Shown: positions 19,062-30,512 of the stretch, piece after piece
How the letters are laid out: the number at the start of each line of letters is the position of its first letter
How positions within the stretch are numbered: the first letter of the stretch is position 1
Assembly: GCA_029246995.1 (NCBI GenBank)
Contig: JAQWMB010000004.1
Location: 14,196 to 78,195, forward strand
Direction of reading: 5' to 3'
DNA length: 64,000 nt
From: Dehalococcoidia bacterium
GTDB taxonomy: Bacteria > Chloroflexota > Dehalococcoidia > UBA2979
The notes under the pieces: model-generated
Database searches by the model: none
Told to the model about the DNA's origin: nothing
Seen by the model: only the letters and a program-made list of their open reading frames with translations
Made by a program: the position numbers and the translations under genes

Positions 19062-20063
19062 ATGGTACTTTTAGACTCCTTAGATCGACCATTACATGAT
19101 TTACGAATTTCAGTGACAGATAGATGTAATTTACGCTGTACTTATTGCATGCCTAAGGAAATTTATAATAAAAATTATAAATATTTGGAAAAAAGTGAAA
19201 TTTTATCTTTTGAAGAGATATACAATATTGCAAAAATATTTTATTCCTTAGGTGTAAAAAAAATACGTATAACAGGAGGTGAGCCACTATTAAGAAATAA
19301 TTTACCAGATTTGATTAGTCTATTAAATGAGATGGATGATTTAGATTTAGCAGTTACCACTAATGGAATTTTATTAAAAAAACAAGCATTAGCATTATAC
19401 AGGGCGGGTTTAAAAAGAGTGACTGTTAGCTTAGATAGCGTTGAAGAAAGCACCTTTAAGATACTTAGTGACAGCCCTTATTCTTATTCTGATGTATTGG
19501 AAGGAATCGAAGCAGCTATTTCAACTGGAATTAAAGTAAAGGTAAATTCAGTTATTAAAAAAAATATCAATGATGATCAAATCTTGCAAACAGTTGATTA
19601 TTTTAGAAATACTGATGTTGTACTAAGGTTTATCGAGTATATGGATGTTGGTAATTCTAACAAATGGCTTCATGATGAAGTTGTTCCATCAATGATGCTC
19701 CAGGAAAAAATAAATGAAAAATATCCTATAAAAAAACTAAGTAAAAATTATAGCAGTGAGGTAGCTGAAAGATTTAAGTTGCAAGATGGCTCATTAGAGC
19801 TTGGCTTCATATCTTCAGTTACTAAGCCTTTTTGCTCAGAATGTAGTCGCATTAGATTGTCTTCTGATGGTAAATTATATACTTGCTTATTTGGCTTAAT
19901 TGGCACTGACATAAAAAATAAATTGAGAGCAGGTCAAAACTTTTCTGAGATTGCAGAATTTATAACTGATATTTGGAATAAAAGAAATGATCGATATTCT
20001 GAATTAAGAAGCGAAATGCCAATGAATAATAAAAAAGTTGAAATGCCTTATATTGGTGGCTAA
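19062..20063 (+). CDS. moaA: GTP 3',8-cyclase (molybdenum cofactor biosynthesis protein A)
   Basis: Radical-SAM CNLRCTYCMP, GGEPLLR, and C-terminal CSECSRIRLSSDGKLYTC auxiliary cluster motif. Confidence 0.95.
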   Translation: MVLLDSLDRPLHDLRISVTDRCNLRCTYCMPKEIYNKNYKYLEKSEILSFEEIYNIAKIFYSLGVKKIRITGGEPLLRNNLPDLISLLNEMDDLDLAVTTNGILLKKQALALYRAGLKRVTVSLDSVEESTFKILSDSPYSYSDVLEGIEAAISTGIKVKVNSVIKKNINDDQILQTVDYFRNTDVVLRFIEYMDVGNSNKWLHDEVVPSMMLQEKINEKYPIKKLSKNYSSEVAERFKLQDGSLELGFISSVTKPFCSECSRIRLSSDGKLYTCLFGLIGTDIKNKLRAGQNFSEIAEFITDIWNKRNDRYSELRSEMPMNNKKVEMPYIGG

Positions 20064-20087
20064 ATTGTTATTTTTTTAGGAGGAATT

Positions 20088-20552
20088 ATGGATAAAATTA
20101 AATCTATAAAAATGTCAGATATTTCAAAGAAAAAAATTTCTCATAGATCTGCATCAGCAATTTGCGAGGTAGAGGTCACTGAGGAAATTTTAATAAAAAT
20201 ACTTAATAATGAATTGCCTAAAGGTGATGTGATAACTACAGCTAAAATAGCTGGAATTTTAGCTGTAAAAAAAACTGATGAACTCATTCCTCTGTGTCAT
20301 TCTATTCCGATTAGTAATGCAATGATTGATATTATTTTACCTGATGAAAACACAAATAATCTTACTATTGTTATAAAATCTTTTGTTGAGTCAGATGCTC
20401 AGACCGGAGTTGAAATGGAGGCATTAGCCGCTGTAACTGTAGCTGGTTTGACAATCTATGATATGACTAAATCTTATAGCCATTCAATTAATTTAAAGAA
20501 CATCAGATTGTTAGAAAAAAAAGGGGGGAAGAGCGGAGATTTTATTGCGTAG
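20088..20552 (+). CDS. moaC: Cyclic pyranopterin monophosphate synthase
   Basis: 154 aa. KGDV...A.IAGI.A.KKT.ELIPLCH and TGVEMEAL.A..VA.LTIYDM are typical of MoaC. SD is AGGAGG. Confidence 0.93.
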   Translation: MDKIKSIKMSDISKKKISHRSASAICEVEVTEEILIKILNNELPKGDVITTAKIAGILAVKKTDELIPLCHSIPISNAMIDIILPDENTNNLTIVIKSFVESDAQTGVEMEALAAVTVAGLTIYDMTKSYSHSINLKNIRLLEKKGGKSGDFIA

Positions 20553-20886
20553 ACGAGTGACTAGTTAAGTTTTTTAAAACTTTAATTGCTTCTGTTAAAT
20601 GTAAAATTTTCTCTGAATCGTTTAATTCAATTTTTGTTAATTTTTCATTTCTCTGCTCAGTTCGGTCTAATGTTTGATGTGTAAGTATTCCGAATTCAAT
20701 ATTTAACTCATAAAATTCACCATCATCTAGTAAAACGGTAAATGGTTGATTATGTATCTGATCTTCTAAATTTATTTCTATGCCATTGATAAAAAAAGCA
20801 TTGTTTAAAGGAGGTAATGGTGAATTATTTTTTAATAATTTATTTAAATTTTCTTTTAATTCAATAATTTTGTCTATATTGGTCAT
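20542..20886 (-). CDS. Hypothetical protein
   Basis: 114-aa ORF with no recognisable motif. Convergent 11-nt overlap with moaC and divergent from the 666-aa gene. Confidence 0.6.
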   Translation of the reverse strand: MTNIDKIIELKENLNKLLKNNSPLPPLNNAFFINGIEINLEDQIHNQPFTVLLDDGEFYELNIEFGILTHQTLDRTEQRNEKLTKIELNDSEKILHLTEAIKVLKNLTSHSSTQ

Positions 20887-21038
20887 TTTGATCTGCTAAC
20901 TGTTATTTAGTGATACTCTTATCTATCATTATACGCTTGTCATCTAATTTCTTTCGATTGTTAGTCATAATAAATTAATTTTTTTTTACTCATGATATAT
21001 TAATGGATAAAATAATTTAATTTTATAAAGAGATATCT

Positions 21039-23039
21039 ATGTCAAATTGGATAGGTTCGTTTTTAATTCAAAATGGTGAAATTGCTGAAGATAATAAGTT
21101 TATCTTTGATTATAGTGATCCGTATAAAAATTTTTTTAAAAGAATTATTATTTTTAGTCAACCAAATAGTGATATTTCTCATGAACTTTGTGCTGAAATT
21201 GTTCAATCTATAGCTAGTGATTTTTTAAATCAGGGTCTTTCCATTACAGGTAGATTACAAAAAGCTTTAAAGAATGCAAATAGTAGAGTCGCCAAATGGA
21301 ATCAAAATTCTTTACTAGAGCATAAAATTAGATTGAGTATCACCTGTGTTGTTATTTTAGATAACGAGATGATTATTGCTAATTCTGGCTCTAATACTGT
21401 TGCCATTGTAGAAAAAACTCAAATACGAGCGCCTAAAGTTAGTTATGTAATTGCAAGTGAACATTTAGGATCTCAAAATCTTTTTCAACCAATTTTTAAA
21501 AAATTAAATACAGATCATCATGATGTAGTTATTGCTTCTAGTAATTTAATAGAAGACCTGGCGCTATCAAAATTCGAAACTATTTTAAAGGGAGGCACTC
21601 AAAGAGCACTTGAGGATCTTTTTGTAGAGTCAAGGCACTTAAGTAACGTTAATGTATGTTATTTATCCGATATAGATATAAGGCCTAAATTAGCTAAAGG
21701 AACTTTTTATCTTGATCAGAAGTCTATGCAATTAGAATTGAATGTTACTGATGAGAATTTAGACACTATTTTTGATATGCCTGTAAGCAAAACTAGTCAT
21801 CAGGTTAATCAATTTTCTAATTCAATAAATGAGTTTAATTGGTCACCAAAATTTTTAAATATTTCAAAAAATAAATTTGCTTTCTTAGGAATATTTTCTA
21901 GATTACAAAAAAAATTATCTTTAAAAAGGTATATTTTAGGCTCACTTGTCCTTGTAGTTTTCTTTTTATTTTTTCTACAGTTGCTATTGCCATCAATTAG
22001 TAAGAGTATTCCGAATAATAGTTTAGAAACAATTAATAATAAAATTGAAAAAAAAATAATCCAGTATGATTTAGCAATAAAAGACGAGAATAGATCTATG
22101 CAACGGTCTGCAATTTATGAAGCACTTTTTTTAATTGAAGAAGCTGCTTTGTATGATTCAAATGAAAAGCTAGATTTTCTTATTACGAAGATCAATAAAT
22201 TAAAAATTGAGATCGATAATATCCAGATCGTTACGGAATCTAATAAGCTACTTGTTTTTGAAAATAAATTTTCTAGTCAATTTGATCCATCAAAAATTAT
22301 AGTAAGAGGTAACATGATATGGATATTAGATTCTGCCTCATCAAGAATTTTTGAGTATCAAGTTTATAAAAATCAAATAAATGAAGTTTTTCGTGGAGGT
22401 ATGCTTGTAGATGATATTTTGCTGGGTAAACCAGTATCTATTTTGTATGATGATTATAGTAGAAAATTATTAATATTAGATAGCAAAAGTAATTTATTTA
22501 CCAGTAATCAAAATAAAATCATTAAATTAAAAATATCTGAATTAAAAGATTCATCAAATGTAGTTGATTATTCTTTAAATAACGGAGTCATTTATTTTCT
22601 AAATAATTTTTCTAATACTATTTTATATTTGGAACCACCTTTAAATGATTACAATAACTTCAACGTAGAAATTAAAAAACTATTAAATTATGAGGAAAAC
22701 AAAAATGTTATTGGCATGGAATTTAATGATAAACAAATTATTTTTTCACAAAAGCAATTATGGATTTTGGAAGATACATTAGAACTTATTACATGCGCCG
22801 GTATCGATATTGAATTATTAAGCATAAATGATGTTGCCATTGATCCAGATAGTAATCAAATTTTTATCTCTGATCCTTTAAATAATCGCATTGTTTCTTG
22901 TAATTATAATGGTGAATATTTAACACAGTGGAAAAATAGTAATTTTTTTGACATTGTTTCTATATCATTTGATCCAAACAATTTGTCCTTGTATGTTTTA
23001 ACCAGTAATACTGTTTTTGAAATTATTACAGAGCAGTAA
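21039..23039 (+). CDS. Hypothetical membrane protein: N-terminal degenerate PP2C/SpoIIE-like domain, one TM helix, C-terminal NHL/beta-propeller-like repeats
   Basis: 666 aa. ITCVVILDNEMIIANSGSNTVAIV parallels the PP2C motif (..ANVGDSR..) with Asp replaced. TM helix is LGSLVLVVFFLFFLQLLLPSI. Repeated blade-like motifs follow (IWILDSASSRIFEY, LLILDSKSNLF, IFISDPLNNRIVSCNYNGEYLTQW, LYVLTSNTVFEI). Confidence 0.7.
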   Translation: MSNWIGSFLIQNGEIAEDNKFIFDYSDPYKNFFKRIIIFSQPNSDISHELCAEIVQSIASDFLNQGLSITGRLQKALKNANSRVAKWNQNSLLEHKIRLSITCVVILDNEMIIANSGSNTVAIVEKTQIRAPKVSYVIASEHLGSQNLFQPIFKKLNTDHHDVVIASSNLIEDLALSKFETILKGGTQRALEDLFVESRHLSNVNVCYLSDIDIRPKLAKGTFYLDQKSMQLELNVTDENLDTIFDMPVSKTSHQVNQFSNSINEFNWSPKFLNISKNKFAFLGIFSRLQKKLSLKRYILGSLVLVVFFLFFLQLLLPSISKSIPNNSLETINNKIEKKIIQYDLAIKDENRSMQRSAIYEALFLIEEAALYDSNEKLDFLITKINKLKIEIDNIQIVTESNKLLVFENKFSSQFDPSKIIVRGNMIWILDSASSRIFEYQVYKNQINEVFRGGMLVDDILLGKPVSILYDDYSRKLLILDSKSNLFTSNQNKIIKLKISELKDSSNVVDYSLNNGVIYFLNNFSNTILYLEPPLNDYNNFNVEIKKLLNYEENKNVIGMEFNDKQIIFSQKQLWILEDTLELITCAGIDIELLSINDVAIDPDSNQIFISDPLNNRIVSCNYNGEYLTQWKNSNFFDIVSISFDPNNLSLYVLTSNTVFEIITEQ

Positions 23040-23058
23040 CTTTTTATTAGGGATTTTT

Positions 23059-24066
23059 ATGTTGATACTTGCTTTTGAGTCTTCATGCGATGAGACAAGC
23101 GTGTCTGTCGTTAAAGATGGAAGAATTATACTTTCAAATATAATTCAATCTCAAGTTAATGTGCATAATATTACAGGCGGAATAGTGCCTGAAGTTGCTG
23201 CAAGAGAGCATTTAAAATGCATTGAGCAATTAACTAAAGATGCTCTTTCAGAGGCTAAGACCAATTTAGATAATATTGATTATATTGCAGCAACTGCTGG
23301 TCCAGGTCTACCTGGGGCTTTAATGATTGGTTTTTCTTATGCTCGTTCTATTGCATATGCTAAAAATAAACCTTTTATTCCTGTTGATCATATTGAAGGC
23401 CACATTCTTGCAAATTGGCTTGAAAAGAATGATCCTATTTTGCCAGCAGTAGCATTGGTAGTTTCAGGAGGACATACTGAATTAATTTTTGTTATGAAAG
23501 GATCCGATTTTAGAAGAATTGGTGGCACTAGAGATGATGCTGCTGGTGAAGCATTTGATAAAGTGAGTAGAATGCTTGATGCTGGTTATCCTGGTGGACC
23601 TGAAATTTCAAGACTTGCTGATCGTGCAACTGAGAAAAATTTAATACTTCCTAGAGCATGGCTAAGGGGAACAAATGATTTTTCTTTTTCTGGGCTTAAA
23701 ACTGCCGTATTGAATCTTCTCAAAAAAGAACAAAATATATCAAAGGAAGAAGTTGCTTGGGCTTTTCAGGAATCCGTTGTTGATGTTTTAGTTTCTAAAA
23801 CATCAAAGCTTGCAACAGAACTTAATGCGAAATCAGTTTTGATTGCTGGAGGTGTTGCAGCAAATAAGAGATTAAGAGAAAAAGCTTTTAATGAGATCAA
23901 AGTACCTGTTTTTATTCCATCCCCTATACTTTGTACGGATAATGCTGCCATGATAGCAGCAGCTGCTTTTAATCATATTGATGAATCAATTCCTGCTCAT
24001 TCTATAGTTGAAATTTTTTCTACTACTAATCGTGGTAAACTTTTGATAGATAAAAAACGAAATTAA
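23059..24066 (+). CDS. tsaD: tRNA N6-adenosine threonylcarbamoyltransferase
   Basis: MLILAFESSCDETSVSVV, HIEGH, SGGHTE, GGVAAN. I prefer the ATG at 23059 over the ORF-track start at 23017, which would overlap the upstream gene. Confidence 0.93.
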   Translation: MLILAFESSCDETSVSVVKDGRIILSNIIQSQVNVHNITGGIVPEVAAREHLKCIEQLTKDALSEAKTNLDNIDYIAATAGPGLPGALMIGFSYARSIAYAKNKPFIPVDHIEGHILANWLEKNDPILPAVALVVSGGHTELIFVMKGSDFRRIGGTRDDAAGEAFDKVSRMLDAGYPGGPEISRLADRATEKNLILPRAWLRGTNDFSFSGLKTAVLNLLKKEQNISKEEVAWAFQESVVDVLVSKTSKLATELNAKSVLIAGGVAANKRLREKAFNEIKVPVFIPSPILCTDNAAMIAAAAFNHIDESIPAHSIVEIFSTTNRGKLLIDKKRN

Positions 24067-24079
24067 TTTTTTTTCTCTC

Positions 24080-24105
24080 TAGCACTCTATAATTTCGAGT
24101 GCTAA
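24080..24105. promoter_or_regulatory. CIRCE operator (HrcA binding site) upstream of groES-groEL
   Basis: (C)TAGCACTC-tataatttc-GAGTGCTAA versus consensus TTAGCACTC-N9-GAGTGCTAA, a perfect 9-nt spacer. It is followed by ac+T8, so it also looks like an intrinsic terminator for tsaD. Confidence 0.85.
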
Positions 24106-24186
24106 ACTTTTTTTTGCTTAAAAATCCCAAAAATTAATTTTGTTTTAGGCAAAAAATAATATTTAATATTTAACAAGGAGTTATAA

Positions 24187-24489
24187 ATGAGTGCTAAAGT
24201 ATCTCCTCTTTCTGATCACGTTGTTCTTGAGCCAATTCAAGAAGAAGAGGTTTCTGTTTCAGGTTTAGTTATTCCAGATTCAGCCAAAGAAAAATCTCAA
24301 GAGGGTAAAGTGGTCGCTGTTGGTCCTGGCAAAATAAATGATGCAGGTAATATAGAAAAAATTGACTTAAAAATTGGTGATGTTGTTATTTACCAAAAAT
24401 TTGCTGGAACTGAATGGGAAGATTTTATTATTGTAAGAGCTTCTGATATTTTAGCTAGAGTTGGTTCTAGCTCTAAAGCAAAGAAATAA
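24187..24489 (+). CDS. groES: Co-chaperonin GroES
   Basis: 100 aa. PL.D.V..EP..EE..S.SGLVIPDSAKEK.QEGKVVAVGPG. SD is AAGGAG. Confidence 0.95.
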   Translation: MSAKVSPLSDHVVLEPIQEEEVSVSGLVIPDSAKEKSQEGKVVAVGPGKINDAGNIEKIDLKIGDVVIYQKFAGTEWEDFIIVRASDILARVGSSSKAKK

Positions 24490-24511
24490 AAATTTGTTAT
24501 TGATTCGTTAG

Positions 24512-26209
<1,698 letters not shown>

Positions 26210-26217
26210 TCAGTCTA

Positions 26218-27090
26218 CTATCCTAAGTGTAGTATTTCTTTTTCTAGATAAATAAGACTGTCATCATTTAATGACTTAATAATCTTGTTTATTTTTTCAG
26301 TATTTATTCTCTCTTTTTTTAATTCTCGATATACAATTTTTATATCAATGCTTTTTGTTTTTCTCTCTCTTAGTAGTTTCAGAATTTTACCTCTATAATA
26401 TCTATTTGAACCTATAAATACCTTCTTTTTATTTTTCTTCTTAATTTCTTTAGTTGGTTTTAAAAATGCCTTACAATTTATATTCATTATGCAGATTTCA
26501 CATTTAGGTCTCGAGGTGCACATTAAAGAACCAAAATCCATTATTGCTGAGTTCCAGAAATGGTAATCTGATTCTTTTGTTAATAAGTCAGTTATTTTTT
26601 TTATATCTTTGTCTTTAGCAAGTTCGTCTCCTAGAAAGTATCTTCCTAAAATTCTTTTAAAATTGATATCAATTGTTGGAACATTTTGTTTATAGCCAAA
26701 AGCCAAGATTACAGATGCAGTATAAGGACCAATGCCCGGTAAATGTGTCAGTTCTGTTATATTTTTAGGGATGATGCCTTGATTTTTTTTAAGAATGATT
26801 TGAGCAGCATTTTGCATACTTAAAGCTCTTTTTGGATAGCCTGCATTGCCCCAAATAGTTAATAAATCTGCTGTATTAGCATTAGCTAAAATTTCTATAG
26901 TTGGGTAAGCTTCAATAAATTTTTTCCATAAAATTATTACTCTTGATATTTGAGTTTGTTGCGCACAATAGCCTGCTACAAAAGCATAATAAGGATCTTC
27001 AGTTTTATCCCATGGGAAAATAATTTTGTTATGTTTATGCCATGTATTTAGTGATTCAAATAATTTTTTAATGTTTAACTTTTTTTCCAT
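26218..27090 (-). CDS. HhH-GPD DNA glycosylase, MutY/EndoIII-like, with FeS-cluster loop and a basic C-terminal extension
   Basis: FPWDKTEDPYYAFVAGYCAQQTQ, helix-hairpin-helix LPGIGPYTASVILAFG, IDINFKRILGR, Cys cluster CTSRPKCEICIMNINC. No NUDIX-like MutY C-domain; it has a ~80-aa Lys/Arg-rich tail instead. Confidence 0.75.
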   Translation of the reverse strand: MEKKLNIKKLFESLNTWHKHNKIIFPWDKTEDPYYAFVAGYCAQQTQISRVIILWKKFIEAYPTIEILANANTADLLTIWGNAGYPKRALSMQNAAQIILKKNQGIIPKNITELTHLPGIGPYTASVILAFGYKQNVPTIDINFKRILGRYFLGDELAKDKDIKKITDLLTKESDYHFWNSAIMDFGSLMCTSRPKCEICIMNINCKAFLKPTKEIKKKNKKKVFIGSNRYYRGKILKLLRERKTKSIDIKIVYRELKKERINTEKINKIIKSLNDDSLIYLEKEILHLG

Positions 27091-27172
27091 ACTAAAATAT
27101 AACCATACTATTTATCAATTGAAATTTAATTTATGCTATAAATAATTAAATATTTAATTTTTTAGGAATACA

Positions 27173-28111
27173 TTGATTAAAAAAAATAGGTCGAAAAAAA
27201 AAGATTATACTGCTCTGAATATTACTAAAAATGTAGTACAACATACTGTTCATAATTTTCAATATATTAAAGGTTTTCCTGCTTCTAATACGTGGATTGT
27301 GCATTCTGATAATGATGCAGTGCTAGTTGATAGTGGGTTTGGTGATGAAGATTCTTTTTTATCATTAAAAAATTATATAGAGAATCGTTTCCCAAAAATA
27401 AAAATTCATTATATTTTACTAACACATAACCATTCTGATCATTCTTCAGGTTCAAGAAAGCTTGCAGAATATTTTAATGCAGCTGTCTTAATACATCCTT
27501 TAGAAGAAAAAATGTTGAGAGCATCATCTAAGAGTGAGCATGGACCTGTAGAAATTAAAAAGAAAAGAAGGATTTGGGAAAAAGAAAAAAAATCAACGCC
27601 AATAAAGGAATATATAAAAGAAGGTAAGATTATTACAGCAGGTAAGTTAATTTTTCAGGTTATCCATACACCTGGTCATACACTTGGTTCAAATTGTTAT
27701 TTATTGAAAAATGATAAATTATTGTTTTCTGGAGATACAATCTTGGGATATGATACTGTGACAATCTCTGCACCACCTGATGGCGATATGAATAAATATT
27801 TGGAAAGTTTAAGAAGATTAAAAAGATTTAAATTAAATTATATTGCTCCTGGCCACGGTCCAATTATTAACAAACCTAAAGAAAAAATTGATAAGTTAAT
27901 TTTCCATAGATTAAAAAGAGAGAAACAAATTTATGATTTAATCATGGAAGGTTATAAAACTGAGCAGAAGTTGATGAAAAAGATTTATCCAAACATTGAA
28001 AAAAATTTGAAAAGTTCTGCAAAAAATCAACTTTTTGCACATTTAGCTCGATTAGAAGCTTTGAATAAAATAAAATTACAGATTGAAAAAGATAAATGGA
28101 AAGTAATATAG
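27173..28111 (+). CDS. Metallo-beta-lactamase-fold hydrolase
   Basis: TTG start. LLTHNHSDHSSG (HxHxDH), HTPGHT, GD, PGHG. Confidence 0.85.
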   Translation: MIKKNRSKKKDYTALNITKNVVQHTVHNFQYIKGFPASNTWIVHSDNDAVLVDSGFGDEDSFLSLKNYIENRFPKIKIHYILLTHNHSDHSSGSRKLAEYFNAAVLIHPLEEKMLRASSKSEHGPVEIKKKRRIWEKEKKSTPIKEYIKEGKIITAGKLIFQVIHTPGHTLGSNCYLLKNDKLLFSGDTILGYDTVTISAPPDGDMNKYLESLRRLKRFKLNYIAPGHGPIINKPKEKIDKLIFHRLKREKQIYDLIMEGYKTEQKLMKKIYPNIEKNLKSSAKNQLFAHLARLEALNKIKLQIEKDKWKVI

Positions 28112-28138
28112 TTCATCTAATGAATAATAGAGGTTAAA

Positions 28139-29467
28139 ATGCAAAATAATGTCAGTGCAATTTTAGATTTATTTCCACTTCATAGTCGTGTTGATAATGA
28201 ACATGCTTTAATAACTGGAAATTTGAGTGTAGTTGAGCTTGTAAAAAAATATGGATCACCATTATATATTTACGATCATGAGACTATTCGTAGTCAATAT
28301 GAAGAATTTAAACGTGCATTTCAATCTTCATATCCAACGACTGAAATTCTTTATGCATCAAAAGTTTTTCTTAATATTCCATTCGCTCAAATGCTTTATC
28401 ATCTTGGCGTAAAGTTTGATGTGGTTTCTTTTGGTGAAATGAGCATGTTGATGGCAAGTGATATACCTTTATCGAATGCTTATTTTCATGGTAATAATAA
28501 GACTGAAGAAGAGATTAAATTAGCAATTAAAAATGGTATAGATGCTATTGTCATTGATAATATTGAAGAGGTTAACTTAGTAAATTCTATATCTAAAAAG
28601 TATGGAGTTAAGCAGAAAATTTTATTACGAGTAACTCCAAATATTGATCCGTACACTCATGAAAAAACAACTACAGGACTGAAAGACTCAAAATTTGGTT
28701 TGAGCATAGAGGATCATTCTGCTGAAGATGCTATTGAATTAATTGCAACTTCTAAAAATTTATCATTTGTAGGAATTCATGCACACCTTGGCAGTCCAAT
28801 AAATTTTGTTGAGCCTTATCAAAAAGCTATTGATAAAATGTTCACATTCATAAAATTTATTTGTATTGAAAAATATTCATTAAATCTTACTGAATTTTCC
28901 CCTGGAGGAGGCTTTGGTGTAATTTCAGAGCCTGGTTTGAATAATCCTACCTTAGAAGATTTTGCAAATGTGATTTCTGAAGCAATTAGAAATAATTGTG
29001 AAAAATATGATATCGATTTGCCTAAAGTTTTTATTGAACCAGGGAGATCATTGGTTGCTCGTTCTGGTGTTGCGGTATATCAGGTTGGTTCCAGGAAAAC
29101 TATTCCTGAAATTAGAACATATTTATCTGTTGATGGTGGCATGGCTGATAATATTAGGCCTACTCTTTATGATGCAAAATACTTCGCACTTCCTGTCCAA
29201 GGTTTAAATAGGAAGTTTGATGATTTAGTGACTGTTTCTGGAAAATATTGTGAATCTGGTGATTATCTTATAAAAGATATTTATTTACCAAAACTTTTGC
29301 GAGATGAATATATTGCTATGCCTATGTCTGGTGCATACCAACTCGCAATGTCTTCTAATTACAATCTTGCATATAAGCCTGCAGTCATATTAATTAAGGA
29401 TTCTACATCGAAATTATTACGAAAAAGAGAAAATATAAATGACATTATTGCCTTAGATATTATTTAA
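28139..29467 (+). CDS. lysA: Diaminopimelate decarboxylase
   Basis: 442-aa fold-III PLP decarboxylase. YASKVF (PLP Lys), HAHLGS, SPGGGFG, EPGRSLV, GKYCESGD. Confidence 0.92.
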   Translation: MQNNVSAILDLFPLHSRVDNEHALITGNLSVVELVKKYGSPLYIYDHETIRSQYEEFKRAFQSSYPTTEILYASKVFLNIPFAQMLYHLGVKFDVVSFGEMSMLMASDIPLSNAYFHGNNKTEEEIKLAIKNGIDAIVIDNIEEVNLVNSISKKYGVKQKILLRVTPNIDPYTHEKTTTGLKDSKFGLSIEDHSAEDAIELIATSKNLSFVGIHAHLGSPINFVEPYQKAIDKMFTFIKFICIEKYSLNLTEFSPGGGFGVISEPGLNNPTLEDFANVISEAIRNNCEKYDIDLPKVFIEPGRSLVARSGVAVYQVGSRKTIPEIRTYLSVDGGMADNIRPTLYDAKYFALPVQGLNRKFDDLVTVSGKYCESGDYLIKDIYLPKLLRDEYIAMPMSGAYQLAMSSNYNLAYKPAVILIKDSTSKLLRKRENINDIIALDII

Positions 29468-29482
29468 TGATGGTGATGAATT

Positions 29483-30511
29483 TTGAAAAATAATATGAAT
29501 ACAATCATCCGAAGGCAATACCAAGATTTGATCTTAAAATATAGTAAACATTTTAATGAGTCCGATCGTCATGGAAGCTATTTATTTGCTGGTCCAGCAC
29601 ATATAGGCAAGGAATATATAGCGAAGCTATTTGCAAAAATTTTAATTTGTGATCAAGATATCTCTATCGATTGTGATTGCAAAGATTGCAATGATGTTGA
29701 AAGTAGCTTGCATGGTGATGTGATTAATATTGATATAGGTGGCATCTGCGATTTAACAGATTCAAATCATCGCAATCACTCTGAAGATGGTTCAAAAAAA
29801 ATTCGTATATGTCAAATTAAACGTATTGAAAGACTAGCTTTACTTTCGCCATCTAGATCTAAAACTAAAATTTTTATAATAAATAACTTAGATTTAATGA
29901 CTGATGAATCTGCTAATGCATTATTAAAGACTTTAGAGGATGCTCCGCATTCTTCTGTGTTCTTACTGTTAAGTAACAACCTTGAACAGGTTGCGCAGAC
30001 GGTTCAATCAAGATGTCATATTCTTAATATTGCACCAATCAACGCTAAGTTATTACAAAATATCCTAGTTGACAATTATGCTATAGGTGATATTCATGCT
30101 GAAGATATTGTTAGGTTAAGCCGAGCTAAATTAAATGCAGCTAATGAATTTTTTAATAGTGAAGATTCTATGAATTTATTTAATCAAGCTGTTAATGATA
30201 TGGAAAAAATTATTTCTTTCGATTCAATTAAGAGATTAGAGTATGCTGAAAAATTTAGTATAATATTTCGTAAGGAACCTGAGAACTTTTTTCAAATCGT
30301 TATGCATTGGGAAGATTGGTTTCGATGGCATCTTTATAATGCGAATAAACTAAATTGTGCTCCAAGTTTTTTGGCAAAATATTATGATTTTGAAGTAAAG
30401 CAAATTTTTTATGCTCTTCAAGCATTATTGAATGTAAAAAATGAACTTAAAATGAATGTTAACCCTTTATTATCTTTAGAAGTTTTTTTTCTTGATTTGC
30501 CTCAATTTTAA
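29483..30511 (+). CDS. holB: DNA polymerase III delta' subunit
   Basis: TTG start. AAA+-like GSYLFAGPAHIGK, Cys cluster CDCKDC, LDLMTDESANALLKTLEDAP, sensor VQSRC. Confidence 0.85.
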   Translation: MKNNMNTIIRRQYQDLILKYSKHFNESDRHGSYLFAGPAHIGKEYIAKLFAKILICDQDISIDCDCKDCNDVESSLHGDVINIDIGGICDLTDSNHRNHSEDGSKKIRICQIKRIERLALLSPSRSKTKIFIINNLDLMTDESANALLKTLEDAPHSSVFLLLSNNLEQVAQTVQSRCHILNIAPINAKLLQNILVDNYAIGDIHAEDIVRLSRAKLNAANEFFNSEDSMNLFNQAVNDMEKIISFDSIKRLEYAEKFSIIFRKEPENFFQIVMHWEDWFRWHLYNANKLNCAPSFLAKYYDFEVKQIFYALQALLNVKNELKMNVNPLLSLEVFFLDLPQF

Positions 30512-30512
30512 T

